Notes under the pieces: generated by a model
Told to the model about the DNA's origin: nothing
Seen by the model: only the letters and a program-made list of their open reading frames with translations
Databases searched by the model: none
In this document: in pieces, positions 52,364 to 64,000 of the stretch
How positions within the stretch are numbered: the stretch's first letter is position 1
Layout of the letters: every line of letters starts with the position of its first letter
Position numbers and translations under genes: made by a program
NCBI RefSeq assembly: GCF_041146345.1
Contig: NW_027191409.1
Location: 1,178,001-1,242,000 of the forward strand
Source: Neodothiora populina
Lineage: Eukaryota
Direction of reading: 5' to 3'
DNA length: 64,000 bases

Positions 52364-53788
52364 ATGTCTACTTTCGGACAACATTTCAGAGTGACGACGT
52401 ACGGATTACCCCTCCATCAGCGATTTAACTGAACAGAAAGTTGACGACTCATCGCAAAAACAGCTATGGCGAGTCGCATTGCCGCAGCGTCGGCTGCATC
52501 GTCGACGGCGTCCCCCCCGGCATGAAACTCGACGAGTCAGACATCCAGCCCCAAATGACCAGAAGACGACCGGGACAGAGCGCAATCACGACCCCCCGAG
52601 ACGAAAAGGACAGAGTCGAGATCCAGTCCGGCACCGAGTTTGGAGTCACTCTGGGCACGCCGATCGGTATGCGTGTCATGAACGAGAACCAGAGACCAAA
52701 GGACTACGGAAACAGCACCATGGACCTCTACCCTCGACCCAGTCACGCCGATTGGACCTATCTGGAAAAGTACGGCGTCAAGGCCAGCAGTGGTGGAGGC
52801 AGGAGCAGCGCGAGAGAGACCATCGGTATGTTGCGAAGGTCACATGACAACACCAAAGACGACGCTGATTGTTGTTGTTGTTGTCGTCGCCACCAGGCCG
52901 TGTCGCAGCCGGCGCCATCGCAGAAAAGTTCCTCAGAGAAGCCTACGGCATTGAGATCGTCGCCTTCACTTCGTCCATCGGCAACCAGTTCCTCTTCCCC
53001 CTACCCCCGAACACCCAACCGCATCGACCAACCCCGACTTCCTCAAACTCGTAGAGCGCATCACCCGCAACGAAGTCGACACATTCCTCCCCGTGCGCTG
53101 CCCCAGCGACGAGTCCACGCAGCGCATGGAAGCCCTGATCGCCGAATTCCGCGACCGCGCAGACAGCATCGGCGGCACCGTGACCTGCGTGATCCGCAAC
53201 TGCCCCTCTGGGCTCGGCGAGCCATGCTTCGACAAGCTCGAGGCCAAACTCGGCCACGCCATGCTGAGCATCCCCGCGACCAAAGCCTTCGAGATCGGCT
53301 CTGGCTTCGGCGGCTGCCAGGTCCCGGGATCAATCCACAACGACCCCTTCGTCGTCGCCCCCGCCGTGCCCGCCGGCGCCCTCCCCTCTGGCGTCGCCCG
53401 TCCCCGCCTCACCACCAAAACCAACAACTCCGGCGGCATCCAAGGCGGCATCTCCAACGGCGCCCCAATCTACTTCACAGTGGGCTTCAAGCCCGCCGCC
53501 ACAATCGGCCAAGCGCAGAGCACAACGACCTACGACGAGACGACCGGCGTCCTCGAGGCAAAGGGCCGCCACGACCCCTGCGTCGTGCCCCGCGCGATCC
53601 CCATCGTCGAGTCCATGGCTGCGCTCGTCATCATGGACGCCGTCCTCGCGCAGAACGCCCGTGCCACGACTCGCAGTCTGCTGCCTACTCTGCCGCAGAC
53701 GATTTCCGTCGCCAAAGCTCACGAGGCCGACGTGGCAGCCAGGAAAGAGCAGAACACTGTGACTGTCGAGAACGGCAGCAGTGCGTAA
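52364..53788 (+). CDS. ARO2: Chorismate synthase, 3 exons, with a 1-nt frameshift near 52997-53001
   Basis: [71 protein letters not shown]. The frame changes inside a C5 run. Confidence 0.93.
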
Positions 53789-54847
53789 ACCAAAAGTGAA
53801 AAGTGGGCATTTTGTCTCTGTTCCTGTATATGAGGATTGGTTCTTATTTCGTCCTTTAGAATTGGAAAAAAAAAGGGGGCGAGAGCATCCAATGGGGAAA
53901 ACACACATCTGTACTCCTATTTTCTTCCACCTTCGTATCACCGTTTCCATAGCGCCATTTCGACAGGCTAGGCACGAGGAGTTCTCACGGCGTCGGGAAA
54001 TCAAGATGAAAGCAAGCAAATCCTTCCTCTGCTGCCACTGGTGTTCCGTTCTGACTGTCTCATATCTCCTTTCATATATTCTACGGGGCGCAGAGGCGGA
54101 AACATACAATGTGAAAGCAAAAGCAAAGTCACTAGGACAGGTGCATGGATCAGGTTGTCTGTGAATCTGTATTGCAATAATTTCGATGATTCATAAACTC
54201 CGTAGCTTTGATAGACTTCTCCCTGTGTGTGTGTCCTTGGAGAGCAGCAACAAAAGACCACGGCCCCCTGCCGCTCTTTCTCCAACCGATAACACTAAGG
54301 TAGCTTTGTCTGTGTATTCTCTCTGATCTTTTCCTTCATGGGTATATATTGGAAACAACAATTACGCCCTGGACCATCTGTTCCCCGTCCCTCCCTTTTC
54401 TTCCCCTTTTTTTGGTTTCATTGTTACTATGGAGGGAGTGATGATTAGATATTGAAGAAATCAATACTAGGAGTCAGAGGCAAGAAGGAAGCCAATGGCA
54501 GCACCTTGTCGCTACTGCCTTTCCATTCAGAGTAGGAGGTGTAGAAATAATGATCGCTGGACGCCGATGCAATGCAAGGCATGATTGATAATATGATGAG
54601 AAAAAGGAAAATTTATGCCTTGGGGGCGGAGAGAGTGTGTGATGTAGGAGAAGCGCAGGTCTAGTCTCTTTCGTGGACCCCGAGTGGTTCTGGGCTGACC
54701 CAGTAGTGTGTCCAGATATAGCGCAGATTGGCCTTTTTGCTCTTCGGTCTGCCGTGTAGCAAGACCTTCTTGGTCATAACGAAAACAAAAACGAAAATGT
54801 CGGCAAAGCGTGTCCTGAGCGACTAGCTTACTCTGTAAGTAATATCT

Positions 54848-57800
54848 CTACTTGGCGGGCTCTTCCCGTGTCATTTCCCTGTAGAGTTCGTCCCGCTCTT
54901 CGGTTGGAGTGAGCGGGGGACGATTGATCGTCGACAGCTCGAGTCTAGAGCTCGGCGTGATGCTTCTTTTCCTGTCCCTCGGCGTTGGCGTATTGCTGCG
55001 GCTGCCGGATCCAGCGCGGCCATTGAAGGTACCTGCACGAGGCTTTACAGTCGGCGGCGGTACATCTCCAATCGTGTCTGGTGTGCTCACTTCGCCTCCT
55101 ATGTGCAAACTGTCCATACTGCCCATTGGTCGAAGCATAGAAGCTGGTGTAGTTGCCGAGCGCAGAGGCCCACGTTGGCTCGGAGTGGCAATGCCACTTC
55201 TGACGGGGGTTGATGCGCCTGATCTCGCTGGAGTACCATCCGCAATCTCGTCATCCGGAGCGAAGGCTGGGAAAGGCGTGGGTGCGGAAGCCGCTTGTTC
55301 TGCGTTCCATTCACTAAAGTCACGCGTGGACCAGCTCGGGCGATGCACACGTGCGCCATATGGCAAGTTGGTGTAGCTCATGCTGTGCACGCTTGCACGA
55401 CTGGCACGACTCGCTGCACGTGCTCGGCGTAAAGGTGCACTGCTGCCCTCGGCGCGGTCGAGATTTTCGAGCCCTGGGGTTGCTGATCTTTGGCTCACAG
55501 CCACATACGACTTGCTTGGTTCTGGCTCCTCGAATGCCATTTCAGCAACGAAGTCTGGGTCCTCGTCTTCAATCTTGGCAACTCTTTTGACAGAAGCAAC
55601 GCTGAAATACGGTCCTTTGGGCTCCTCAGGAATGGGTGGCGGCGGGGGAGGCAGATCAGTAGCTGCGCGATCAAGATGGTTCAGGTACTTTTCGCGCATT
55701 CCCATCCACTGCTTAGGGCGGAACTCCTCGCGGTTTCGTACTAGCGACAGGTAAGATGATATCGCACTTACGACCACAGCGATCATGGTGACTATTGTCA
55801 AGATACCCTGGATGACGATGATCACGACGCCGATGACGGTTGCCGGTATGCGAGCCAGGTTGAAAGAAGTTACAAACACCGAAGAAAGGGCGACCGTTGC
55901 AACCTTGCTGAAGCCCAGGAGATAGACAACCAATACATTCAGACGTTGGCCCTCGAATGGTCGTGCCCAGACTAGACCCGCGAATGCAAGGCATTCAACC
56001 ACCAGAAGTCCAAACACCTGGGTCTCGGGATGGCCAGAGGCACCAGAATAGAAGCAGGCTCGTAGGAATTCGTATAGCACCCATGCAGTAAAGAACCACC
56101 ATCTGGTCCGTCGAAAGCGACCAGATAACCAACCGAATCTTTGGACGTAGTCTTCATCATCGTGTATGGACGGATACTCCTCTTCTGAATGAGAAGACTG
56201 TCTCTTGAGTGACCTGACGGTAATTTTGGCGGGCATCTTCTTGATACCAAATTTGGTCAGCAGGTTAGTTTTTTGAGATTCGGACTCGGCGGGACCATCA
56301 GAGAACTCGGGTTTCGTAATGACTCCGGTCTGTACGCCACGGTAGTAGCAAGCGTATATGACGGCCCCAGGGATACCAATGAAAAAGATCAGAAAGATGA
56401 TCGCGGCAATGGCTTTGACGCCACCGGAACTGTCATATGAGAACTGAAACATTGTAAGTAGCATCATCATGGAAAAGCCAATGAACAGCGTTCTGAGGGC
56501 AGCGAGGACAGCGTATCCTTTCCAGTGTTCACGGAAGAAAGACAATCGGTCTCGCTTCAGTAATTTGATGAGGACAAGCCCTTCGAGGACCCATTTGACT
56601 GCGACGACAGCGGCAATGACGAGCACCAAGATAATCAGAAACCAGAGAAAGCCAGTCATGAATGCGTTGGAAATTCGGATGCCCTCCTCTGCAAGAGTGC
56701 CTGCGAAACCAGAGTAGTTTCCTGGCAGTGGCAGACCTTCGCCGATTGGCTTTCCGTACCACCCATAACCACTTGAGCTATTGGCTATAGCTCTACGCTG
56801 GAGCCCGCGCTCGAAGTCCCGAGCGAAAACGTCACGCTTGAGAAACTGGGAGTGATCTCGGTGGAAGATATCCGCCGCGATACCTCCGCTGGGTTTCAAG
56901 TTCAAAGCACGCTTGTAGATCAATGAGGCATCGTAGCCACCCCCGACACCCTCTTGACTAGTCCCAGATCCAGCTGCTCCAACCTGAGACGTGTTGCCGA
57001 GGTTGTTCCCAATAAGATGGTTGATAGAGTTTTGCATGCTAGATGAGTAGATCATACCTCCAGCCCAAGCAAAGTTGCTCCACCAGGCTACCAGTACGCT
57101 TGGCCAATTCATAGATAGCAGACCAGTGAAAAAGATGTGTTGATAGACAGCAAAGACAACCAGGACCGAGAGAGAATGAGCGTAGTGTTTGCGCATGACT
57201 GATATGTTGTCGCCGTAGACTGCGGTCGCAAACGAAGCGAGCATAGCAACAAATGCGAAAACTCCAATGACTGTGCCGACCGATTGGGGCTGTGAGAAAG
57301 TGGCGCCGTTGGTGACTACGGCAGAAAAACATCCTATCTCGCTCTGGGAGACGTTGGAGAAGATGCGCAGAATGGCTTCACCTTCGAAATCCGGAATTGA
57401 CAAAGCGATGGACGGAATGTTGGCTACATCCTGCTGGTTCACGGGAATGATACCACTCGCCTCGATGGGCACGCTTGCATTCATAGGGCATAGACTCTCA
57501 ATATTGGCATTGCAAGGATCGAAAACGAGATCAAAGCGACTCTCGCCATACGCGAATACGCCAATATACACTTATAGCTTGTCAGCAGGTTTATGTTCAG
57601 AGACTACTGAAGATGACTTACACATGAGAGCGGTGTTAGCAACGGCGGTATTGCCTTGAAGATGGAATAACACAGTCATGTTGTCTTTGTAGTATGCAGC
57701 ATCGAAGCGAGTGACGTTGACAGTACTTGATCCCATGCAGTCACCAAAGTTTCCAGTATATAGAGATGGTTTACGGTTGTCCTCCAAGTATGTGGTTTCT

Positions 57801-57919
57801 CCGTCGGAGTTGGTCGTTGTGATGTAGCGAGTTGGCGCATCGGCAGCGAGTGAGGGATGGCTTAGCGAAAGTAAGGTGAGAGCGGCCAGGACGACCGAAC
57901 ATATCGATCGAGTGATCAT
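54848..57919 (-). CDS. FLC/Pkd2-like TRP-family membrane protein with ML-like N-terminal domain, 2 exons
   Basis: Signal peptide; RFDAAYYKDNMTVLFHL; AYGESRFDLVFDPC; WWSNFAWAGGMI; multiple TM helices; intron near 57621-57571. Confidence 0.88.
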
Positions 57920-59481
57920 GACTGGCGATGTGAAGATTGAGCAGGAGAATCAAGAGAATGAGGTTTAGTGACGAGGATGGTCTTCAGTTCACAAGGTGTT
58001 GACCAAGGACTTTAGACTTTAGGGTTGTTATCGCCGGATAGAGAAAGAGTGTGAAGGAGAGGTCGATAAAGAGTGATGCGAAAGCCTATCGAAGTAGGGG
58101 CAAGAAGCAGACACCACCTTCGTAGGCAGGTGTTTCGCCTCGTACGAGGGGCTGTAGAGGAAACGGACAAGGTATGCTTGTCGTCGGACCAAAGTTGGCC
58201 TGCCGCGGATTGATTGATTGATTCACTGCACTGAACGATTTGTTGTAGCGGGATCGGGATGCAAGTATGCCGGGATGCCGACTTTGCTCAAGATTATGTT
58301 CGCGTGAGCATCCTGTGTGCGGCTGCGGAGACCGAAGAGGTGGAATATGGCGAGTTCAGTAGAAGTGAGAAGACAGAAATTTGGGCGGCAAGTGCAGTGT
58401 AGTGTATGTATGTATGCACGTCTGCAGACGGCGGAATATGTCAAGACGGGTACTTTGTAAAGTAATGCATGTATGGTGTGAAGATCCGGACTTTGACCAG
58501 CCAAGGCCAGACCAAGCAGAATGCACCAGCCGCTACCGCTAGTCCATGGTAGTCAATGATTTGACGACCTAATACAGCTTTGAGGCGCTCCCATGCAGCT
58601 GATCCTGCCCGCGCGCGTGTCCTGATACGCTTTTCCACGCTGCTGCGCAGTGCGGTGGAATCCTGTTTCTGTCGTTGACGAGTGTCTGAGCCGCAGCTAA
58701 CTACCTGCTATACTGGATCTCGGGCTGGGAATGTGCATGCGCCAAACCGTCCGAGAAAGTCTCAAGACCGTTTGAGGAACAAAGTTAAGTTAAGTTGAAG
58801 CCGGTTGCGACTTCCTCAGATCATATATTGAATCATGGCCCCCAACGGTGGACAAGCAATTTGCTATGGATAGCTATCTCGAGCACGACGTACCGAACGA
58901 GTAAAGTATCCGATGCTCATTTAGATAGACGATGGACCTGTATAGCACTTTGATCCATTTCTCGAGAGGAGCGGAAAATCCATTCCGGTGATCCCTGTGG
59001 CTGGACAACTCATCCGCATCCGACTCAATCCCCACATGTCGCATTGTATGGAGGCTGGTGCTGGAAGTGGGACTGCGAACTCGACTCGATTCATGCCCTG
59101 ACTTGGCCCTGACTTTACCAAGCTGTGCTGTGTGCTGCGTGATGCTGGCAGACCTTACATTAAGAAACCTTGAGCCAAGTCTCCACAGGCTACGTGGGAT
59201 GGCGGCTCATGTGCACACTGCAGTGTCTCGTACCGCACACCTTATCCCGCACACGACACGTCCAACGGGGCCTGACATCACCACCTGCCCCGCACCCCCG
59301 ATCAGGATCTGGGTAAGAGCTGGGCAATGTTTGGCAGTAGACTACCTCAACTCTTTCTTCTTGAATAACAAGAACTCAATAACTCATTCCTTCTTACGAT
59401 ACTCCAAGTACTACTACATACAAATCATAACCTTCACCTGTCTCCTGTCCGCTACATATAAACTTTAGTTCCACCGCCGAC

Positions 59482-59865
59482 ATGCCTGCTCACCCCAAGG
59501 AGGAGACCGCTACCGGTAGTATGTCAAACCCGAGACAGCTGACCGAATCTTGCTTCTGCGTTGTTCACTATGATCTGACCTTCTCCCTCTTCTGCTAGGC
59601 ATCACCGATCAGGTTGCCAAGGAGTCCAGCAGCTCCAACGCTTCTTCTCACCCCCTGCATGATGTGGACAATGAAGTCACCAGCGGTGGCAGTGCTAAAG
59701 CCACTGCTCAAGACCACAAGGCCACTCCCGTATGAGAGCCAGCTTGTAGCACTGTTCGTACAAAAAGCTGACCAGAAAACAAAGGGCATCCAGATTGCAG
59801 AGAACCTCGGCGAGCCAGCCAGCAAAGAGGAGCTCAAGAAGAGAGCTGAGGAGCTCAACAAATAA
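59482..59865 (+). CDS. Small hydrophilic hypothetical protein (about 80 aa), 3 exons
   Basis: TATATAA near 59456; ATG after CCACCGCCGAC; two GT..CTGAC..AG introns; ends GEPASKEELKKRAEELNK-TAA. Confidence 0.75.
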
Positions 59866-59975
59866 ATGTGGAACGGAGATGATGGATGCATGAGAATTTG
59901 TAATAGCACGACCATTATATCATAACACAGATTGCTCATAATCCTCTATGACGGATAAATGAAAATGAAACGGCC

Positions 59976-60811
59976 TTAAGGAAGAACTTCTTCGCCCTTC
60001 CAATCGAAGCATCGCCCTCTGTGATCCATCGTCCTCGTCTTGACAACGTCCAGTAACTTCCCGACTGCAAACTCTGGAGTAAAGAGCTTTTGTTCTTTGA
60101 CATTGTTCCAGAACTCCTTGCTGAGCCCGGTCTTCACTGTACCAGGGTGCAAGCTGATAGCCATAGCATGTTCGCCGGCCGAGGTGCGCAGATAGTTGTC
60201 AAATGTCTTGGTCATTTGGTTCACAGCTGCTTTGGAGGCACGATATGAGTACCAACCACCGAGCTGGTTGTCGGTGATACTTCCCACACGAGCTGACATA
60301 GTTGCCCATACCGCAGAGGCAGGCAAGGCTGGAGAAGATTCCAGCTGAGCAGACTTTCGCGGAAGGAATGTAGAGAAGTGCTTGAGCATCATCATCGGAC
60401 CTAACGTGTTGGTCTTGAAGGTCAAGAGTGCATCATCGTATTGAATCTGCTGAGGAGACTTTTCGGGAAACAGTAAGCCAGGTATGATGAAGGACATGTG
60501 GAGGTAGTTTTCCTTCCTGGGGAACATGTCATTGCAGGCGGATGCTGCGTCTGCCATGGTCGATTCATCTGGTCCATGTTAGTGATGTTTTGCAGAAATG
60601 TTGAACTGATATTACCTAGGACATCGACTTTCAGCACTTTAAGCCTCGACTCCTCGACATCTTTGAGGTCTGTGAGGATACTTTCACGAGTCTGATCTAG
60701 ATCCCTCCTCGCTGTTGCAACAACAGGAAGCTTAGTGCTAGAAAGTATTTGTCTCGCAAGTTCTAAGCCGATACCTCTAGAGGTCGGACAAACCAAAGCC
60801 CAGGGTTGCAT
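59976..60811 (-). CDS. Short-chain dehydrogenase/reductase, CsgA/C-factor-like, 2 exons
   Basis: TSRGIGLELAR Rossmann motif; SARVGSITDNQLGGWYSYRASKAA (YxxxK); LHPGTVKT. Confidence 0.9.
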
Positions 60812-61212
60812 GTTAAGGAGATATCACGCTAAATTTTCTGGATGGTAAGATGCAGCACATGTTCCCAAGAACCTACATCTGTATATAGTTTCTGTACCTG
60901 GCGAGAACAGATCCCTAGTGCATTTCAATGCCACAATACCAAGTCTGAGGCTCTCAGAGTTGTTGACGATCTTCCCCAGATCGACGTCATTGGACTTGAG
61001 TTACAGATCTCGCAAACTTAGCGTGAAATTTGTGCCAAGACTGATAATCTGCACCTGCCTTTGCATTAATTGTTGCATGCACGATAGAGGCAGTCACGAT
61101 GATAATTATACCCCGAACGCATAGAACATTTCCTTAATCCTCACCCTCTACAGCATACTGGAGGAGAGTAGTTTGAATAGACACAATCTAGCTACTGCTA
61201 GTCCTTTATACC

Positions 61213-62247
61213 ATGTCTACCACATCGTCAACGCTGCCGGCAGCACTGTCTTTCCCTCCAGCTACTTTTGCAAGAGTATCACCAGCTCCCTACCTTTTGG
61301 CACATCTGAAGCCTTCGTCTGCCTCAGCTTCTCCCACAAGACCCAGTGGTCGATCTACCTCGGACTTTCGCCAGCCCATCATCAACACTGGCTCACTATC
61401 TCATGCATATGGCAGCGCCGTCGTTAGAGTGGGTGACACAGCAGTGGTCTGCGGCATCCGACCAGAGATCCTCAGAGCAGCCGACATTCCTCACCCTTAC
61501 CGCAGCATAAGCGGCGATGAGCCCAGAGAGCAGGTCCAGAAAGATTCGCAAGAGGTGGAACAACTTGGCCTACTGGTGCCTAATCTCGAACTCAGCACAG
61601 GATGTTCTCCAGCACATTTGCCTGGCAACGCGCCAGGAACACTCGCACAATCGCTGACTCAGCGCATCCTCTCTCTTTTGCACATCTCACGCCTGGTCGA
61701 CGGAGACTCCCTACGGATTCAATATCAGAGCCCTGCGACAGACGATGATCTGCCCGACGCACCACCACCAATCGTGACCAAAGCTTATTGGACTCTCTAC
61801 ATTGACATCCTGTTCATCAGCTTGGACGGAAATCCCTTCGACGCAGCATGGGCTGCTGTTCTCGCCGCACTAGATAACACAAAGTTGCCGAAGGCCTGGT
61901 GGGACGCCGACCGTGAGATGGTATTGTGTTCCGACACGGCATCTGAAGCTCAGCCCTTGAACCTGCGTGGCTTACCCGTAGCATCCACTTTTGCTGTCTT
62001 CACCACCGCAAGTCATCACAAGAAGAGGGGTGACGCGGAGAATTGGGTGCTGGCTGACCCGGATGGATTCGAGGATGAATTGTGCAACGAAAGAGTGACG
62101 GTTGTCACGAACGGCGACAAGCAAATTTTGAGAATAGAAAAGAACGGTGGCGGGTTTACGAGCAAAGACACGATGGGAGGGATTGTCTCGAGAGCACAGG
62201 ATAGGTGGGCTGAGTGGAAATCGGTCCTTACACAAGGTGGCAAGTGA
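61213..62247 (+). CDS. RRP43: Exosome core RNase PH-like subunit Rrp43, 344 aa
   Basis: RPSGR..FR; GSAVVRVGDTAVVCGI; LVPNLELSTGCSP; YWTLYIDILFISLDGNPFDA; VLADPDGFED. Confidence 0.9.
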   Translation: MSTTSSTLPAALSFPPATFARVSPAPYLLAHLKPSSASASPTRPSGRSTSDFRQPIINTGSLSHAYGSAVVRVGDTAVVCGIRPEILRAADIPHPYRSISGDEPREQVQKDSQEVEQLGLLVPNLELSTGCSPAHLPGNAPGTLAQSLTQRILSLLHISRLVDGDSLRIQYQSPATDDDLPDAPPPIVTKAYWTLYIDILFISLDGNPFDAAWAAVLAALDNTKLPKAWWDADREMVLCSDTASEAQPLNLRGLPVASTFAVFTTASHHKKRGDAENWVLADPDGFEDELCNERVTVVTNGDKQILRIEKNGGGFTSKDTMGGIVSRAQDRWAEWKSVLTQGGK

Positions 62248-62845
62248 AGCTCTTCCGCTGCCTATGGAGGATTACCAACAACAATCGGCAAGATCCAGCC
62301 TCTATCAATGGAAAAATCCATGAGTTCACTTCTGCTGTGCTCTGTCTAGGAGGAGCTCAATGCCTCGGCGGCATTCTCGATCGCACATGCGCGCTTATGC
62401 TTGCTTCTCACATAGAAATGTGTTGCATGTTTCGAGGCAGTCCACCACGAGACCCTCGACCATAGTCCGACAGTCACAGGTATCAGAGGCGTGGCCGTAC
62501 GAGACACATGTCGACATTCCATCGAGTTATGGTCGACCGTGGAGACACCCATATAAGCTCGAAACGACCGATGGTTCGAGGCTAGAAGGATAGAACACAA
62601 CAAAGAGAACCAGAAGCAAGAGCATGACTTCGTAGATACTGCCATTTCGCATCGCTGTAATGGTATATATAACAAATAACAAACAAGCCAAAAAGAACAA
62701 AGACTCAGCACCTTTTTACGCCAGTAATGCATTTCTGCTCACAGAAATAAAAGAACTCTCTCTCATCTTCTGGCCGCTACTATTCTTAAATTGATATCCG
62801 TCTAGGGATTCCTTTTCTCCAAATCAATTTTTCAACGATTGTGCT

Positions 62846-63612
62846 CTACAAAGCGATAATACCAGCCAAGACACCCATTGCACCAATGGCGTATCCAGCG
62901 ATGGTGGGCAGGGCAGCGGCACCGGCAGCACTAGTGGAAGAAGCGACAGCGGCGCTCGAGGCACCGCTCGAGGCTGCGCTTGTTGCACTGCTGCTGGGAG
63001 AGGCGTCGCTTGAAGAGCCATTCGCGTTACCTGCGTTTGTGAGAGCCGATGCAGTGACGCCCGTGCTGTTGGCGCAATTTGAGTTGTATTGCTCTGTTGA
63101 CAAAGATGCCTGCGTGAAAGTGATGTCTGCGCACTGATCGGGGCGAAAAGCGTCAGAAGAAGGTTCTAGTTTGCCGTCATAGGAAGGAGATTACTCACGT
63201 TGTAGAGTCCACCGCTCGGATCACCGTTGGTAATGACCTGGATAGTGGCATTTGTTCCCTCGGAGATCATACTCTTGACATCATCCGGGATGTGAATGGT
63301 GTTTCCGTTGATGCAGAAGTTCTCGGGCCCTTGTTCCTGGAAGGTAGGCACGAGAGTGATGTTGAAGTTCGAGCCGGGATCGTTGCCGAGTCCGAGCAAG
63401 ACCTGGACTTTGGCTGATGTGTGGCCCATGAGCAGCTGGATGGGGGCACCGCTCATGGGGAACTGTGTTCGGTTCGACGATACGGCGTCTTGACCGCCGC
63501 AGGGGAAGGTGCTCAGGATGTCCTCGTCGAAGCCGCGCGCGGCTGGGTAGACGAGCTTGAAATGCGCGGATGCTAGAGGCAGCAGAGCCGAGAAGAGGAG
63601 TTGGGAACGCAT
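62846..63612 (-). CDS. GPI-anchored BIM1-like / X325 (LPMO-like) copper-binding protein, 2 exons
   Basis: Signal peptide ending ASA, then N-terminal His (HFKLVYPAARGFDED..PCGG); second His (MGHT); NATIQVITNGDPSGGLYN|CADITF; S/A-rich linker and hydrophobic GPI tail. Confidence 0.82.
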
Positions 63613-64000
63613 GCTTGCTGTATGCGTCTTGACTGTGATTCAATTGACTCGTGTCTTAAGTATGATGACTTATTAGAAGTGATAGTCGGACAATTCTGAA
63701 CAGGCACAAGATGATCAACGGGGCAGAAGAGAGTGGGTGAATGAAAATACAAAAAAACCTACCACATGGACGTGGAAACAATCGAGATATATACTTCACC
63801 AGACCCCCCTCAGCGCCCTCTACAGCCCTCCGAAACCCTCCCACTTACCTTACCTTGATCATGGCTAGACCTACCTACCTTACTGACATAGTAAAACGTC
63901 CCCATCTATAGCCTACCGTAGGCTAAGCTCCCGAAAAGCATTGATCCTCCTTCGCGTGCGCGCCTGCGCTCAAAGTAGGTAGGCAAGGTAAAGTACGGCA

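Noticed and set aside
52441..53799. 452-aa ORF as a single-exon ARO2 with an Arg-rich tail
   Set aside because: It reads through introns and then an off-frame of ARO2; the true C-terminal half is in the 53093-53788 frame.

Overview
Gene-dense, intron-containing genomic DNA from a filamentous ascomycete (Pezizomycotina; Eurotiomycetes/Chaetothyriales-like by inference only). It holds about 25 protein-coding genes, mostly housekeeping: YIP3/PRA1, RAMP4/YSY6, SRP receptor alpha, histidine acid phosphatase, DBF2 kinase, a SAP-domain protein, RgsA-type RGS, RUS1, ARG4, VFA1, an NsdC-like C2H2 factor, YVH1, HEM2, a PTH11-like membrane protein, a Mid2/MtlA-like sensor, an ECM25-like RhoGAP, ARO2, an FLC/TRP-like protein, a CsgA-like SDR, RRP43 and a BIM1-like GPI copper protein. 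I saw no intact transposon, tRNA, rRNA or CRISPR array. Best leads: (1) YIP3 is overlapped by a 533-codon -1 frame with no room for its own promoter, a U-run plus hairpin at the junction and a TAG-ATG / TGA-TG stop-start chain, suggesting recoding, alternative splicing or a dicistronic mRNA. (2) A long, structured intron splits the catalytic Cys codon of YVH1; it has box C/D-like motifs, apparent LSU rRNA complementarity and an in-frame alternative acceptor that would break the P-loop. (3) ARO2 has a 1-nt frameshift in a C homopolymer, most likely a sequence error. (4) The RGS protein has a candidate CUG-initiated extension. Family assignments come from motif recognition, not database searches.
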